Origin: Chrysochromulina tobinii
Taxonomy: Eukaryota
NCBI GenBank assembly: GCA_001275005.1
Contig: JWZX01002079.1
Span: forward strand, 1 to 43,825
DNA: 43,825 nucleotides
Direction of reading: 5' to 3'
This document shows, piece after piece, positions 40,824 to 43,825 of the stretch. The notes below the pieces were generated by a model. The model was not told the origin of the DNA and ran no database searches. It saw nothing but the letters and a program-made list of their open reading frames with translations. Position numbers and translations under genes: made by a program. The number at the start of each line of letters is the position of its first letter. The first letter of the stretch is position 1.

Positions 40824-41491
40824 GCCGATTAGGGACTAGCTCCGGTGGTGTTCGAATCGTTGAGAGATTTAGTACGTATGAGACTTGTTGTCTCTTGTAC
40901 TTAGGCGCAAAGTGACGTGACGGTAGTCGGTGCAGTTCAGATGTGAAGATGATGTGATATGAAGCAAGATGAAGCTCACCGCAGGTGTGGTTGTGTTCAG
41001 TTAGGTGTGAATGAGGGCTCCCGCAGGCGAGCCGACCTTTCGGTCCGGCCGAGCATGCATGCATATACCGTCCATATTACCATATCGGTCGTCGCTGATG
41101 AACGCTCACTGAGCGCTTCGAGAAAGCATCGAGAAATCCGCTCTCGCGTCTCGTGCGCTCTGTCGTGTTGTTGTTGTTGTGTGATTTTTACATGCATGAT
41201 GCCACACGGCCGCCACGTGAACTCACTGGCCACCCCATACCATATGCCCATCTTCGATGTGCCCTCGCGCTCGTCCGCTCACCGCACCTGAGAGGACTCG
41301 CTACCGCTCGGGGGGGGACTTCCATGACCTATGGCCGCGCACGATTGCGCGGACGCTGACTACAATGGGGTTTCTGAGGCATTGGGGGGACGTCGTGTTC
41401 GTTAACACTAGATACATCCCAACCGAGCCCAACGTATCCGGATACTGTGAGGCTGAGCTGAAAACGGGCGGTCCGCCCGCGACGAAACATC

Positions 41492-42232
41492 ATGTCGGAC
41501 GCGGTTGACCCGATCCCGGGCCGCACTGAGGTCTTGATCGCGAACCTCATCTTCGTGGTGTCGTCCGTCCTGCTGCTGCTCGAATTTACGTCCATCCAGT
41601 ACCAATGGCCTTACGACCTCATCACAGAAGGGCAATCGTGGAATTGGCTCGGCGCATTGTCGTGCGTGGGCTGGTTCTTTGGCTTTGCGATCCTCATTGA
41701 CTGGATCGTCTTCTCCACCTTTCCCGTGTGGGGCTTCGACCGTCAAGCACTAGCCGGCGCTACCCTTAAGCTGATTGCCTCGGTGCTCTTCTGCATCCAG
41801 CCGTTTGCCGCTCTCGCAGGCTACAATCCAGATGGCCAGCCGCCATTCTCGGGCGTGCCCTGGTCTAACTTTGCAGGCATCTGCTTCTTCCACGCTGGTA
41901 ACATGCTCAACGCGATCGGCATGCTCAAGCTCATTGATATGCGCGCGCCATTCCTCGCCAACGCACCGTCCTTCGGGATGATCATCTTCGCGTGTGCAAC
42001 CTGGTTTCTCGTCATTGCAGACGGCATCTACTACTTCTCGCTACCGAAGCCCAACGGCCCCGGGGTTGACGTGGGCAGCGCGAAGAATTTCGTCAAGTAC
42101 GGCCAGGTGATCGGCGCAACCCTCCTCCTCGTGGGCAGCCTGCTGTACACCGTATGGTCCCTCGTCTTTGGGCGCGTTAAGGAGCCCGAGCCGCTGCTGC
42201 GCGTCCAGCCTCTCAACTCTTCCTCGCGGTGA
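41492..42232 (+). CDS. Multi-pass membrane protein (about 6 TM), function unknown
   Basis: ATG-initiated 246-aa ORF with six long hydrophobic segments and C/G-ending codon bias. Confidence 0.75.
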   Translation: MSDAVDPIPGRTEVLIANLIFVVSSVLLLLEFTSIQYQWPYDLITEGQSWNWLGALSCVGWFFGFAILIDWIVFSTFPVWGFDRQALAGATLKLIASVLFCIQPFAALAGYNPDGQPPFSGVPWSNFAGICFFHAGNMLNAIGMLKLIDMRAPFLANAPSFGMIIFACATWFLVIADGIYYFSLPKPNGPGVDVGSAKNFVKYGQVIGATLLLVGSLLYTVWSLVFGRVKEPEPLLRVQPLNSSSR

Positions 42233-43144
42233 GGCTACTACGCGGCACCGCGTGGTCACCACGCGGTGCGCTCGCTCCAGAAAGTATTGTGTGCCCCAAG
42301 GTGTGTATATGGGACGGAGATTTTACATACACTTAGCTATGTTTTTTTACATACTGGAGACGACGACGCAGCGGTGTCCTCGTGTCCAGCCGACGGCGGC
42401 GCCGGCCCGCGCCTTGTCCCTTGAGAGTGCGCGGGCCACCACGTGCATGAAGAGCGACGCAAGAATCCGAAGTGTGGAACTGTGAACGACGCTATGAACA
42501 GACAACAAGAGATTGGAGGGAAACAAGCCTGAACAGTTGACAAGCCCCGAGCGCCTCCACGACAGGTCACGACAAGCAACGAAGAGAACAAGCAGTTTCC
42601 ACGTACCCGTGTCCCGCTGTGTCACCATGCCGTCCCATGATCCCATGCCGCATGCCGCCATACTCTCACGCCGACATCCCCTTCAAATTTCCCCACCGCA
42701 ATTCTGAATTCAGGGGATCCCGCCAATTGGTAGGTAGCTTGGTCAGTTACAAATCAAGTTGTTACAAATCTCTCTCTACATACAAATTTTCGCGCACTGT
42801 GACGCAGAACTTGAGTCTGACACTGACAGACGTACCTGACACTCCAATGAGCGGGAAACATGCTGCGCCAAAGACGTTTCGGCCGTTTCGGCCGTTTCGG
42901 TCGGTCAGGTTCGGGGTCGTTTTCGTGGGTCGACGTTTCGCCGAAAAGGGGGGGTGGAGTGCCACGCATTCGCTACGATTTGGTAACGGACGTCATATCG
43001 TCCCAACGCGTTGACTTGGAAACGATCAAGACTTGTAACTTTTTGAAACGGGTTCTTGCGGATTTTCTCGAGAAGATTTTGAGATTTGTCCATTTTTGCA
43101 TGACCAGGCCATTTTCCTCGATGACGCTTGGAACCGGGGACAAG

Positions 43145-43825
43145 ATGACACCTGTGCAAAGTCTGCGAAGCACCGTCGGTGTACTTGCAACTGCGTTGGC
43201 ACTATTCACAATGTTCTCCATTGCAGCATCGCCAATTGAGGCACCAAGGCGATCTCTTCTTGAGCCTTCGCCTCCTCAAATGTTGTCTCCGCCGCTGTTG
43301 ATACCGCAGCCGATTGTTGCGACACATGGACTTTCGATGACGTCCGCGATTCAAGTCGACGACACATACAGCCGTAGAAGACTATCAAGTCATTCGCCGC
43401 CGCCTCCACTTCTTCAGCCTCAGCCATCGCTACCTCCGCCCTCGCAACCTCAGCCCTCGCCGCCTCCGCCCTTGCCGCCTCCGCCATCACCGCCTCCGCC
43501 CTTACCGCCGCCGCCCTTGCCGCCGCCTCCATCACTGCCACCTCCGGTGCCACCTCCACCATCACCACCACAACCCTCACCACCGCCACCATCACCACCT
43601 CCTCCAGCCCCTCCTCCGCCCTCGCGGCCTCCGCCCTCGCCTCCTCCGCCGTCGCCGCCTCCGCCGTCACCACCACCACCTTTGCCACCGCCGCCCTCGC
43701 CGCCCCCACCGTCACCACCACCTCCATCACCGCCATCACCCTCGCCACCTCCACCGTCTCCGCCGCCACCTTCGCCACCACCGCCGTCTCCGCCGCCGTC
43801 GCCTCCTCCTCCAATCCCATCCCCC
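43145..43825 (+). CDS. Secreted extensin-like Pro/Ser-rich protein, 3'-partial
   Basis: ATG at 43145 (in-frame ATGs also at 43100 and 43121). Reads MTPVQSLRSTVGVLATALALFTMFSIAA (signal-like), RRSLL and RRRLS, then (SPPPP)n. There is no stop before the window end, so the ORF track missed it. Confidence 0.75.
   Translation, partial: MTPVQSLRSTVGVLATALALFTMFSIAASPIEAPRRSLLEPSPPQMLSPPLLIPQPIVATHGLSMTSAIQVDDTYSRRRLSSHSPPPPLLQPQPSLPPPSQPQPSPPPPLPPPPSPPPPLPPPPLPPPPSLPPPVPPPPSPPQPSPPPPSPPPPAPPPPSRPPPSPPPPSPPPPSPPPPLPPPPSPPPPSPPPPSPPSPSPPPPSPPPPSPPPPSPPPSPPPPIPSP

Noticed and set aside
42700..43100. Lower-GC intergenic stretch with (CGTTTCGGC)x3 as a possible MITE or ncRNA
   Set aside because: No convincing terminal inverted repeats or RNA-gene structure; likely the upstream region of the extensin-like gene.
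1..43825. Prokaryotic or giant-virus origin
   Set aside because: Spliceosomal introns, MED6 and the absence of operon structure or viral core genes indicate eukaryotic nuclear DNA. No tRNA or rRNA gene was recognised.

Overview
GC-rich, gene-dense eukaryotic nuclear DNA with GT-AG introns and a Mediator MED6 gene. The style suggests a microalga, probably a haptophyte (inference). About 13 protein-coding genes are supportable; most entries in the ORF track are antisense or off-frame shadows. Highlights: (1) two paralogous SLIP-GC/NUGGC-type dynamin-like GTPase genes are head-to-head with only 54 bp between their ATGs, and one is a ~2430-aa FHA...SAM-GTPase...HTH mosaic. (2) A four-exon, ~4243-aa gene fuses SH3-like repeats, a NACHT NTPase interrupted by a RelA/SpoT-like domain, LRRs, Roc-COR and a C-terminal ADP-ribosyltransferase (an NLR-ROCO-ART). 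(3) A family of introns has a 5' part that is a 14-30 nt copy of the downstream exon start and a 3' part that is a shared (CTCTGATNNN)n-CCTCCCTCATCAG cassette, suggesting an intron-generating element. Also present: a second ART gene, a secreted CUB-lysyl oxidase-extensin protein with a frame break, an alpha/beta hydrolase, a Rieske protein, a SAM-PH protein, a sulfotransferase, a GST-like protein, membrane proteins, and two genes running off the window ends that the ORF track missed. All domain calls are by-eye motif recognition; no database search was run.
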